From Candidatus Hydrogenedentota bacterium (GTDB lineage: Bacteria; Hydrogenedentota; Hydrogenedentia; Hydrogenedentales; SLHB01), in assembly GCA_045863335.1 (NCBI GenBank), contig BTVY01000002.1, positions 192,562 to 256,561 of the forward strand: 64,000 bases of DNA. The letters run 5' to 3'. Below are positions 19,770 through 29,081 of this stretch, in pieces (within the stretch, counting starts at the first letter, position 1; each line of letters begins with the position of its first letter). Below the pieces are notes generated by a model that ran no database searches, was not told where the DNA came from, and was given only the letters and a program-made list of their open reading frames with translations. Both the position numbers and the translations under genes were made by a program.

Positions 19770-20147
19770 ATGCAGAAACCAGGAAAAGGAAAATGTAAGA
19801 AGTTTGAAAAGGCGGTGCGTCCATACCGAATTCGGCTGACCGTTTCCGTCCGATACGTTGAAGATCCGACGGAGACCCCGCCGACCCTCACGAATGCGGT
19901 AGGAGCAATAGTGCATCTATCGAACGATGGTCTCTTCGGCGAGTCCCACATTCGGCTGACGAATGCCAGTGGAGATGCACATTTCGACATTGAGTCCATT
20001 AGCCCTAGCACCTCATGGAGTATTCACGTTACAGGCGTACACGGAACCCCCCCAAAACTGTACGATCGCACCCGGTTCATCGAACTGGACCAGACGGGAA
20101 ATCAAAAGTCGGTCCGTTTCGTCATTGCGCCCACCGATCTGTCGTGA
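19770..20147 (+). CDS. Small hypothetical protein, possible prealbumin-like beta-sandwich
   Basis: GGAG RBS; LTVSVRY..GAIVHL..TNASGDAHF pattern like the upstream ORF. Confidence 0.5.
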   Translation: MQKPGKGKCKKFEKAVRPYRIRLTVSVRYVEDPTETPPTLTNAVGAIVHLSNDGLFGESHIRLTNASGDAHFDIESISPSTSWSIHVTGVHGTPPKLYDRTRFIELDQTGNQKSVRFVIAPTDLS

Positions 20148-20543
20148 ACTTCCGCAAACGAGGGCCGGGAATCCACGGCCATTCACGAAGGTGAACCAAA
20201 TGGATCGGCCATGCCATCGCCGGGACTTGAGCAACATTCCAGTTGCCCGGCTGGGGAAAACGCGGCCCGGAACGTGTCGCACGGAACTTCGCTGAAGAGG
20301 AATCGGCGAACGCCCTGAAACCCAGTCGGGCATTTGAGGCGGGTCGGCTGCCCATCCGACCGCAGTCGATGACGCAGTGGCGCAACTCGTCTCCCGGTCT
20401 AATTGTCATCGACGACACGCTTCTCGTCGTGTCGCCGCTTCGTCCAGAGAACCCGATGCCCACCTCTGGCATTGTCTTGCGATGTGCGGTGGGCTGAATG
20501 CATCTGCTAGGCTGCCCTCCGTCATTAATGGAGGGCCACGGTT

Positions 20544-22007
20544 TTGAAAGTGCTTTACATCGCCACGGAATGCAAGCCGTTTTCGAAGGCCGGAGGAATC
20601 GGGGACGTCGCGGGAGAATTGCCGCCCGCCCTGAAGAAGCGCGGCGTCGACATTGAAATCGTCACGCCCTGGTACGGATCAATGAACGTGATTGATCGAG
20701 GAATTCCGTGTCACGGAAAGGACGACATCCCGGTAGGCGTTGTCCCCTCCCACCTCCACGGCGTGCCTCTCAACTTTATCAAAGCTCCCCAGTATTTCGA
20801 GGGTAAGTACGGCAGCGTCTACGTGGACAGCAAGCACGTCCCCTTCTACGATGACACCCTGCGTTTTTCCTTCTTCTCCAAGGCCTGCCTGGAACTGATT
20901 CGGCAGAAGAAACCGGATATCGTTCACGTAAACGATTGGGGACTTTCCTATATCTTCGCCTTCATGGAACTGGCCGGGCTCACGGCGGGTAAAGTTATTA
21001 CGATTCACAATATTGGCTATCAAGGCAATATGGCCCGCTCGCGCGTTCCGGGAACGGAGATGGAGCGGATACTCGACTCATCAACACTCGAACGCCTCTA
21101 CCACGATCCGCGGCCGGAGTGGCATAGCGTCAACGCGTTGCGCTTGGGACTGGAACTGTGCGACTGCGCCCATACCGTTAGCCCGCAATATGCGAAGGAG
21201 ATGCTCGAGCCGGAGGACAGGAAGCGCTACTTCGAGGGCGGCAAGGGATTGGAAGAAGTGGCGAATCGACTTCATCAGCAAGGCCGGCTGGCCGGAATTC
21301 TCAACGGCTTCAACTACCGGTTCAAACCGACCGCTGAGGAATTCGAACGCTGCCTGAAAGATAAGGCCCGGTGTCGCAAACAAATCGCCTCCGATTTCGA
21401 TAATCCCCAATCGTTCCTTATCGGGTTCGTTGGGCGTGCGGTAGAGCAGAAGTTTAAGTTGCTGACGGAGAAGCTCGACGGGCGGCCCGTACTGGAACAC
21501 CTCCTCGAATTGGACGGCGTGAACGTTTGCGTCTTGGCGACGGGACTGCCGAAGTATGAGCGGTTCATCAAGCGCTACAACCGCAGGAGAAACTACTCCG
21601 CGACGGTGGATTTTCTCCCGGACAAGGCGCGGGCGATCAGCCTGGGCAGCGATCTCTTCCTCATGCCGAGCCTGTACGAGCCCTGCGGGATCACGCAGAT
21701 GGAGGCCCTCAGTAACGCGACGCCCCCGCTGGTACGCGCCACTGGCGGTCTCGTGGACACGGTCATCCCCCACACGGCGCGTAACGGTACGGGGTTCATG
21801 TTTGACGGAACCACCAAGAAGCGGGTGCTTCGGAATCTCGTTGAAACCGTCCGCGAGGCCCGTGACCTGTATTTCAATGAACCGGACCAGTATCGCGCGT
21901 TGCAACAGCGTGGATTCAAACAGCGCTTTACTTGGGCCAAGGCCGCCAAACAATACATCTCAGAGATCTATGAACCCGTGATGCGCGGAAAGCTTTCCAG
22001 GGGTTGA
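20544..22007 (+). CDS. glgA: Glycogen/starch synthase-like glycosyltransferase (GT5)
   Basis: KAGGIGDV (KxGG), HVNDW, TIHNIGYQG, TVSPQYAKE, GILNG, MPSLYEPCGITQM, ATGGLVDTV; TTG start after GGAGGG. Confidence 0.85.
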   Translation: MKVLYIATECKPFSKAGGIGDVAGELPPALKKRGVDIEIVTPWYGSMNVIDRGIPCHGKDDIPVGVVPSHLHGVPLNFIKAPQYFEGKYGSVYVDSKHVPFYDDTLRFSFFSKACLELIRQKKPDIVHVNDWGLSYIFAFMELAGLTAGKVITIHNIGYQGNMARSRVPGTEMERILDSSTLERLYHDPRPEWHSVNALRLGLELCDCAHTVSPQYAKEMLEPEDRKRYFEGGKGLEEVANRLHQQGRLAGILNGFNYRFKPTAEEFERCLKDKARCRKQIASDFDNPQSFLIGFVGRAVEQKFKLLTEKLDGRPVLEHLLELDGVNVCVLATGLPKYERFIKRYNRRRNYSATVDFLPDKARAISLGSDLFLMPSLYEPCGITQMEALSNATPPLVRATGGLVDTVIPHTARNGTGFMFDGTTKKRVLRNLVETVREARDLYFNEPDQYRALQQRGFKQRFTWAKAAKQYISEIYEPVMRGKLSRG

Positions 22008-22166
22008 TTCGCCGTGCGCGCCTGTAGACTGCTCGTACGCGATGCGGACGCGAACCTCAGTGCACAATCCCAGACGTAACCCTCCCGCCGGGATCGGTGT
22101 CTTTCCATGTGAATGGCGACGTGCACCGGCTACCACGCAGCCGCGAAACCCTCGGGAGGTGCAGTG

Positions 22167-23339
22167 ATGACCGATTTCATCAATCGACGGCGATTTATGC
22201 AAGGCGTCGCGGCAATGGGTTTGGCCACCGCACTACCGGACGCTAACGCGGCACCTGACGCGCGCGAATACGGCGGGCCAAACGTTGTCGTCGTACGCTT
22301 CGGCGGCGGGGTGCGGCGGCGGGAGACCATCGACCCGCAACATACGTACAGTCCATACTTTCTCCACAGTCTGGCGAAGCGCGGCACACTGTTCACGAAC
22401 ATGGAGATCGAGCAACTCGCGGGCGTTGAGACCAGCCACGGCCAGGGCACGCTCTACACAATGACCGGCCGCTATGAGCGCTATCAGGATGTAGGCGGCA
22501 AGTTTCTGGGACAGCGCTTTGAATCAAAGTTTCCGACCATGTTCGAGTATCTGCGCCGGGAATACAACGTGCCGCCGCACCAGGCCTTGATCGTTAACGG
22601 CGAGGATCGCACCGACGAGGAATTCTATTCCTTTAGCAACCATCATCTTTTCGGCGTTGAGTATCGTTCCAATGTGTTGAGCCTTTATCGATTCAAAACC
22701 TATCTCTTACGCAGACAGATTGAAGAGGGCGCATTCAAGGACAGTGAACGCACCGAGAATACGAAGGAACTCGCGAAACTGGAAGCCCTGGACTATCGCG
22801 CGGGCAGTGAAAACCGGCAGTCGCGGGAGATCGAAGCGTTCTGGGAACGATGGCGGCAATTCTACGGGGAAACCGGCTTCGTCAATCCGCGAGGAGATCG
22901 GCTGCTAACCGAACTGAGCCTCCGCGCCATGCGCGAATTGCAGCCACGGCTGTTGATGATCAATTACAACGACCCCGACTATGTCCACTGGGGCGATCCG
23001 ACGTTCTACACGCGAGGCATTGCGGTCATCGATGAGGGACTGCAACGGCTCACAGCGGCTGTCGAGGCGGATCCCTTCTACCGCGACAACACGGTGTTCG
23101 TCGTCGTGCCGGACTGCGGGCGCGACAACAATCGCCTCATGCCCGTGCCCTTTCAACACCATTTCAATTCGAAGTCGTCGCACGAGATCTTCGCACTGCT
23201 CCTTGGACCCGGCATTGCGCGGAGCGTCACGGTCGACCGGCTCGTCCAGCAGGTCGACGTGCTGCCCACAATCGGCCACATCATGAATTTTGAAACGCCT
23301 TACGCGGAGGGCCGTGTGCTCGAGGAGGCCATTGCATGA
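22167..23339 (+). CDS. Tat-exported alkaline phosphatase/sulfatase superfamily protein
   Basis: NRRRF Tat signal; NVVVVRFGGGVR, DPDYVHWG, VVPDCGR, QQVDVLPTI. Confidence 0.7.
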   Translation: MTDFINRRRFMQGVAAMGLATALPDANAAPDAREYGGPNVVVVRFGGGVRRRETIDPQHTYSPYFLHSLAKRGTLFTNMEIEQLAGVETSHGQGTLYTMTGRYERYQDVGGKFLGQRFESKFPTMFEYLRREYNVPPHQALIVNGEDRTDEEFYSFSNHHLFGVEYRSNVLSLYRFKTYLLRRQIEEGAFKDSERTENTKELAKLEALDYRAGSENRQSREIEAFWERWRQFYGETGFVNPRGDRLLTELSLRAMRELQPRLLMINYNDPDYVHWGDPTFYTRGIAVIDEGLQRLTAAVEADPFYRDNTVFVVVPDCGRDNNRLMPVPFQHHFNSKSSHEIFALLLGPGIARSVTVDRLVQQVDVLPTIGHIMNFETPYAEGRVLEEAIA

Positions 23340-24520
23340 GCGCCGACACCCGGTCGATAGCATCGCTTTGGGAAGCACGCGTCCGCCGCGTGGGTGGAAT
23401 TGCAGCACGTTTCTTAGCCGGCGTCATCTTCTGTCAGCGCGCAATACTTTCGCTTGCCGTCGTCGGCTGGACGTACCGGTTCATGCAGGGAAGCGCAGCG
23501 CGGTACTGGTATCGCGCGACTGGCGGGCCGTTGAAGTGCGGCTCGTTTTCCGAATTCGCGCAGAGCGATAGCGCAACAAAGTGTCTCGCGACGACGCCTC
23601 GCTTTGTCTTCGCTGAAAATGGTGATGAACTGCCCGCGAGCTTCGGGAGAGTTCGACGCGCCGCCCGGACGCTGACAGGCTCTCTTGTAAAGAACCTCAA
23701 GATCGGTCTGCTCGGTTTTGCTAACACCTCGGTGCTGGTTGCGCCTGCGGAAGTGCTGTGGTACTTCGGCTGGTTCGCGGGATGGCACATCTCCTTCAAC
23801 AAGGTCTACGAGCAACACGCAATTGGTCTAACCATCTCGTGGATCGGCATCGCGTGGTTCATCGCGGCCATGTTCTACGTGCCCCTGGCGCAGGCCCGGC
23901 AGGCGGTGACCGGAGACTGGAAACGCTTCTACGACTTTCGTTTGATTCGGACTCTGGTCGCGCGCCACCGACTTGCCTGCTTGATGCTCGCCGCGTTCTA
24001 CGCTGTGGGTTCGCTGCCGCTCCTCATATTCAAATTCGCACCCTACTCCCTTGGCGGCATGAGCGCGGCCATGGAGACGATGCCGAATGCCGCGCTCCTT
24101 GCGCGACTCAACCAATACTTTTTCCTGACCACCTTTGTCGCCTTCCCCATCTACGTGGGCATGCGTTTGCTGGCGACACGTATCTACGCGCGCGCCCTGC
24201 TACAGGCCGTCGCGGACGGCGCGGTTGAAATTGATTCGCTCGAAACCTTCGAGCGCGACGTACTAAGACGTTTGGGCGTCACGCAACCTGCCGCTCGAGC
24301 GATGCCAGAACCGATCGTGCGCCGGGTACCGCGCAAGGCGTGGCGCGCGGGACTCGTCACGGCGACGATCGTGCTGTGGTTCGCCGTGGTGGCGCAGGTC
24401 TACGTGAGCGAGTTCTTCGTCTATCGCGGCGCGCGCGGCTGGTTGAATCAGCCCCTGGTGCAATTGCCCTGGTTCCGCTATGTACCGGCGCACCTGGAGA
24501 ATCCGGACGGTGCGCTGTAG
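23336..24520 (+). CDS. Multi-pass membrane protein of unknown function
   Basis: Several hydrophobic helices; ATGA overlap with upstream gene. Confidence 0.7.
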   Translation: MSADTRSIASLWEARVRRVGGIAARFLAGVIFCQRAILSLAVVGWTYRFMQGSAARYWYRATGGPLKCGSFSEFAQSDSATKCLATTPRFVFAENGDELPASFGRVRRAARTLTGSLVKNLKIGLLGFANTSVLVAPAEVLWYFGWFAGWHISFNKVYEQHAIGLTISWIGIAWFIAAMFYVPLAQARQAVTGDWKRFYDFRLIRTLVARHRLACLMLAAFYAVGSLPLLIFKFAPYSLGGMSAAMETMPNAALLARLNQYFFLTTFVAFPIYVGMRLLATRIYARALLQAVADGAVEIDSLETFERDVLRRLGVTQPAARAMPEPIVRRVPRKAWRAGLVTATIVLWFAVVAQVYVSEFFVYRGARGWLNQPLVQLPWFRYVPAHLENPDGAL

Positions 24521-24613
24521 GACGGGAATGATTCCCGTCCTACTGGAACCGAATATGGATATCGATGCGCGCGCACAGATATACTCCGCGAACGCAAGGC
24601 GGAGTTTGTCCCT

Positions 24614-25657
24614 ATGCCAATTTCGCGACGACAGTTCATGGCTGGAATGGCGGCGGCCGCGTCCGGTTTAGTTTCTCTGGCCGCTTCTGACGTAGCAGCT
24701 CCGCGGTTCGCGACGCGTGGTGCGATCCTCGGCGTTCGCGACATGGAGACCTACGATTGGCCCGCGCTCGCCGCGTCGGCGGGATTGACAACGCTCGCTA
24801 CGCACGTGACCCCTTCCGAAGTGGCGGCATTTATGAATACGGAAAAGGGGCAACAGTTCCGTGAAAACTGCACCAAGTATGGCATCGAAACCGAACACGA
24901 ACTGCATGCGCTCGGCGATCTTCTCCCCCGCTCCCTCTTTGACAAGAATCCTGCGATGTTCCGCATGGACGATGCCGGCAATCGCGTGCGTGACTACAAT
25001 CTGTGCGTCCACTCGTCGCAAGCGCTGGAAGTAGCGGCGGAGAATGCGGCGCGGTACACGCGACTCCTGCCTTCCTCGACCGGCCGCTACTTCTACTGGA
25101 TCGACGACGCCGTGCCCATGTGCCGGTGCCCGGAGTGCCGGGCGTATTCCGACAGCGACCAAGCGCTGATTCTCGAAAACCATCTTTTACGCGCGATTCG
25201 CTCCGTGGACGCGCGCGCGACGCTTGCGCACCTGGCATACGTCAATACGCTCGACCCTCCGACCACGGTCAAGCCTGAGGCTGGCGTGTTTCTGGAGTTT
25301 GCTCCGATCGAGCGGAGCTACGATTCACCACTGAGCGCGCGCAATACTGCCGGTGCGATGCACGATGTAACTCACGGCCGCCTGCTGGATGCGCTCGACG
25401 CGAATCTGGAGTGGTTTGGCGCGGAGAGCGCGCAGATTCTGGAGTACTGGTTGGATGTTTCCCGGTTCTCCGGATGGAAACGCGAGAATGTATCGGCCAT
25501 ACCGTGGAGTGATGAAGTCTTTCGCGATGACGTAAAGACGTACGCAGACCGCGGCATTCGGCATGTCACGACTTTCGCGGTATGGATTGATGAGGATTAC
25601 GTGGAACAATACGGCGTCGAGTCCGTCATGGCTTACGGCAGCGGCCTGAACGCATAA
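24614..25657 (+). CDS. Tat-exported DUF4838-like protein
   Basis: SRRQF signal; NLCVHS, WIDD..CRCPEC, LAHLAY..PP, LEFAPI, ILEYWLD. Confidence 0.7.
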   Translation: MPISRRQFMAGMAAAASGLVSLAASDVAAPRFATRGAILGVRDMETYDWPALAASAGLTTLATHVTPSEVAAFMNTEKGQQFRENCTKYGIETEHELHALGDLLPRSLFDKNPAMFRMDDAGNRVRDYNLCVHSSQALEVAAENAARYTRLLPSSTGRYFYWIDDAVPMCRCPECRAYSDSDQALILENHLLRAIRSVDARATLAHLAYVNTLDPPTTVKPEAGVFLEFAPIERSYDSPLSARNTAGAMHDVTHGRLLDALDANLEWFGAESAQILEYWLDVSRFSGWKRENVSAIPWSDEVFRDDVKTYADRGIRHVTTFAVWIDEDYVEQYGVESVMAYGSGLNA

Positions 25658-25660
25658 CCG

Positions 25661-26449
25661 ATGAGGAAACGTATGAGCGAGTCCATTGCAGTCACTCACG
25701 AAGACATGGTGTCGACCGTGACGTACACGAATCCGCCGTTCAATTTGCTTGATATCGAAATCATGGATGCGCTGGTCACCGCGCACCAGGAGGCGGACGC
25801 GCACCCGGACACGCGGGTTATCGTGACGCGCTCGGGCTTGGATGGCATGTTCTGCAATGGGTTGAATCCCATGACGGTGCTGGAAGCGGACCTCGACGGC
25901 CGCTCGGCAATCTTCGCCGGTGTCGGACGGATGATTCACGGACTCTACTCGCTCAGGAAACCGCACATCGCCGTGTTGAATGGCCCCGCCATGGCCGGCG
26001 GCGCGGTCTTTGCAATCACGGCGGACTTCCGATACTTGGACCAGGATCGCGGCGCCCTCTGTTTTGCGGAAGCCAAGGTGGGCGTACCCGTGCCGGAGGA
26101 GCTTGCGGCCATCATCGCTGGAGTGTGCTCGCCCGCGATGTTGCGCGAAGTCGTCATGCTCGGCAAGAACCTGAAACCCGAACAGGCCCTCGCCGCGGGA
26201 TTGGTCGATGGGATTGCGCCCGCAGACGGCCTGGAGGAACTCGTGTCCACGCAGGTGGCGCGCTTGTCGCGATTGAGTTGCGACGTTGTGAAGGCCTGCA
26301 AAGCCAGTATTCGCGCGCCTATCTTGCATAAGACCGCGGCTTCGCTCGATGTGGAGAACGCGGCGTTCACGCGTTTCCTCTCGGACGAATATCTGGGCGA
26401 AGGCTTGAAGGCGTTTCTTGAAGGACGTCAACCGGTTTTCACGAAGTAA
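25661..26449 (+). CDS. Enoyl-CoA hydratase/isomerase (crotonase) family protein
   Basis: NPPFN, FCNGLN, KPHIAVLNGPAMAGG, AEAKVG, EGLKAFLEGRQPVF. Confidence 0.9.
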   Translation: MRKRMSESIAVTHEDMVSTVTYTNPPFNLLDIEIMDALVTAHQEADAHPDTRVIVTRSGLDGMFCNGLNPMTVLEADLDGRSAIFAGVGRMIHGLYSLRKPHIAVLNGPAMAGGAVFAITADFRYLDQDRGALCFAEAKVGVPVPEELAAIIAGVCSPAMLREVVMLGKNLKPEQALAAGLVDGIAPADGLEELVSTQVARLSRLSCDVVKACKASIRAPILHKTAASLDVENAAFTRFLSDEYLGEGLKAFLEGRQPVFTK

Positions 26450-26557
26450 TCGGGCCTATAATCACGCGACCCGGGAGTATTGCATCCCCCCTATTTGAAT
26501 TTCGAGCGACGAGGGCGCAAGTTCCGAATGAGAGACGCTCGTCGGCGCGAAACGGTG

Positions 26558-26589
26558 AGGCCCGGAGGAGAATCGACTGCTCCGGGCCT
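26558..26589. terminator. Putative bidirectional terminator hairpin between convergent genes
   Basis: AGGCCCGGAG-N12-CTCCGGGCCT perfect 10-bp stem. Confidence 0.5.
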
Positions 26590-26629
26590 TTACCGTCGTC
26601 TAGCCATGGCGACGGACACGCGACCTTGT

Positions 26630-27427
26630 TTAGGCCGCTGTCAAAGTCGTTAGCCATTCCTGTTCGCACAGTTCCGCGATTGACGGCACGATTACATCCG
26701 GCCGGTACGCGAACCGGCTCAGGTCCGCTTCGCTGGTACCACCGGACAAGACCAGCACGGTGCGATACCCCATCTGGACGCCGCCGAGGATATCGGTCTC
26801 CATGGTATCGCCGATCATGACCGTTTCCTCGGCGGAAAGCCCCAGCTCTTTTCGCGCGGCGCGCATCATCACCGGGCTCGGTTTGCCGACGCTGAACGCT
26901 TCGATCCCCGTGGCGCGTTCGAGCATGGCAACGATCGCGCCGCAACCGGGGCGCAACCCTTCCGAAGTGGGGCAGTTGGGATCGGGATTCGTCGCAACGA
27001 GTTTCGCGCCGCCTACGATCATGCGAACGGCTTTCTCAATATGCTCGAAGGTAAACGTGCGTCCTTCGCCCACGACAACGTAGTCGGGATCGCTGTCCAC
27101 GATCGAATAGCCGTTGTGGTGCAAGGCCTGCGTGAGCCCGCCTTCGCCGATGATGAAGGCAGTCCCATGCGGTTTCTGATGGGCAAGAAACCGCGCAGTC
27201 GCCATGGCACACGTGAAGATGTGCCGCTCCTCGACGGGTATCCCCATGCGGCGCAGCCTCGTGGCCACGTCGCGTCCGGTACGCTGACTGTTGTTGGTCA
27301 GAAACAGAAATGGGATCTCCCGTTCCAGCAACTTACGGACGAACGTATCCGCTCCGGGGATCATTTCGTGTCCCCGGTAGATAACACCGTCCATGTCAAT
27401 AAGGAACCCTTGCCTCATTCGCTTCAA
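26630..27427 (-). CDS. HAD-IIA hydrolase (NagD-like)
   Basis: DMDGV, LTNNS, ATNPD, GKPS, MIGDTMETDI, VLSG. Confidence 0.92.
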   Translation of the reverse strand: MKRMRQGFLIDMDGVIYRGHEMIPGADTFVRKLLEREIPFLFLTNNSQRTGRDVATRLRRMGIPVEERHIFTCAMATARFLAHQKPHGTAFIIGEGGLTQALHHNGYSIVDSDPDYVVVGEGRTFTFEHIEKAVRMIVGGAKLVATNPDPNCPTSEGLRPGCGAIVAMLERATGIEAFSVGKPSPVMMRAARKELGLSAEETVMIGDTMETDILGGVQMGYRTVLVLSGGTSEADLSRFAYRPDVIVPSIAELCEQEWLTTLTAA

Positions 27428-27898
27428 TCCTTTCCGGCACGGGGTGCAACCGTACCTTCATTTCGGTGTTGGTTTGGTTTTGCGTCAACAGCACGCGGTC
27501 AGACTGTACCGCGCGAAAGTTTGAATCGGGTTATCGATCGATGAGTTTCCCGCGTAGCCCGGATCAGCGGTGGGATTGGCCTCGAAAGCGGCTCCTCCAG
27601 TCGCATGGAATTGCGCAAAGTTCTGTACTCGCTTGCCGTATCTTTTCGGTCTCCCCGATCAGGATCCGCACGCGCGATCCGGCGTACAGGCTTCATTGCG
27701 GCACCTTCCTGAGCACTGAGCCGCGCGCGTCCAAAGCAACATCAGGAGTGAAGGACACTGACTCGACTGCCGCATCACCTGAAGGAGTAGTCCGGCAAAT
27801 ACGTATGCGTGGTGAATGGCGAGATCGCTGTGCATAATGACGTACCCTTTATCTCCGTGGACCGTGACTTGTGAAATCCGGATACACATGAGCGTATG

Positions 27899-27914
27899 GC
27901 AATCGCCATGCCAA
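27899..27914 (-). promoter_or_regulatory. Putative sigma54 (-24/-12) promoter facing the HAD gene
   Basis: Minus strand TTGGCATGGCGATTGC, GG-N10-GC. Confidence 0.55.
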
Positions 27915-28227
27915 CCCACAGGATCAGGAAATAGCCACGCAATCCATTACGATCAGATGCGTTACAGCAATGGTCAGCAAAGCAACAAACCCGCCAAAGC
28001 GACATTCCTGTAATTGCGAACACAAACAACGACGTATTCGTATCTTTTCAGCATGAAGTGTGGTGGAATCGCTCGAACACCACCGGCACGCGGAAAGGGC
28101 AAGTCGCATTGAGTCGTGTCAATCATTACAATGGGCAACTTCTTGCGGGTTGTTTGCCGGGTTCGCGTTCTACGTGGCCGACGGCGCTGGGGACGAATCC
28201 ACGATCAATATCATTGAAGGAGGCACG

Positions 28228-29031
28228 ATGGCGGAAGGGTTGTTAAAGGGAAAACGCGGGGTCATCCTCGGCGTTGCGAACGAGAAGTCTATCGCATGGG
28301 GATGCGCGCAGGCCTGCGCTGCGGCCGGCGCCACGTTGGCCTTTAATTATCTCGGCGAATCCTTGGAGCGCCGCGTACGCAAGCTCGTGGACGAAAGTTT
28401 GCCGGGGTCGCCCGTGTTTCAGTGCAACGTGCAGAACGATGACGAGATCGCCGCCTACTTCGAGTCAATCAAGAAGGAATGGGGCACCATCGATTTCGTA
28501 ATCCATTCCATCGCTTTCGCGAACAAGGAAGACCTCACCAATCAATTCATCTCCACGAGCCGCGAGAACTTCGCGCTGGCCCTGGACATCTCGGCCTACT
28601 CGCTGGTCGCTGTTGCGCGCGAGGCCGCGCCGATCATGAATGAAGGCGGCAGCATCGTCGCCATGTCGTACTACGGCGCTGAGAAAGTTGTGCCGCGCTA
28701 CAACGTCATGGGCGTGGCCAAGGCCGCCCTCGAGAGTTGCTCAAAATACCTCGCCTGGGATCTCGGCGAGAAAGGCATTCGCGTAAACTGCATCAGCGCG
28801 GGGCCCATTCGCACCCTTTCGGCAAGCGCCATCGCGGGCGTACGCTTGATGCTGCGCACGACCGAGAAGTTTGCGCCGCTGCGCCGCAACGTGACGCAGG
28901 ACGAGGTGGGCCAGTCCGCCGTGTATTTGCTTTCCGATCTGTCGTCGGGCGTCACGGGCGAAGTGTTGCATGTGGACAGTGGATACAACATCATGGGCAT
29001 GTACGGCGTGGACGAGGGCGGTCAGGATTAG
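28228..29031 (+). CDS. fabI: Enoyl-ACP reductase FabI
   Basis: GVANEKSIAWG, HSIAFA, DISAYS, YNVMGVAKAALE, ISAGPIRTL; AAGGAGG RBS. Confidence 0.95.
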   Translation: MAEGLLKGKRGVILGVANEKSIAWGCAQACAAAGATLAFNYLGESLERRVRKLVDESLPGSPVFQCNVQNDDEIAAYFESIKKEWGTIDFVIHSIAFANKEDLTNQFISTSRENFALALDISAYSLVAVAREAAPIMNEGGSIVAMSYYGAEKVVPRYNVMGVAKAALESCSKYLAWDLGEKGIRVNCISAGPIRTLSASAIAGVRLMLRTTEKFAPLRRNVTQDEVGQSAVYLLSDLSSGVTGEVLHVDSGYNIMGMYGVDEGGQD

Positions 29032-29081
29032 CTGAGGAGCCCAGCCTCGCCAAGTCAAGCGTCGAACTCGGGGGAGTCGAT

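Noticed and set aside
20122-20497. Short ORFs on both strands upstream of the GT5 gene
   Set aside because: No clear RBS or recognisable motifs, and they overlap each other
28737-29081. N-terminal extension of the fucosidase ORF overlapping fabI
   Set aside because: The likely start is 29082 (RBS plus signal peptide); the extension is an open alternate frame
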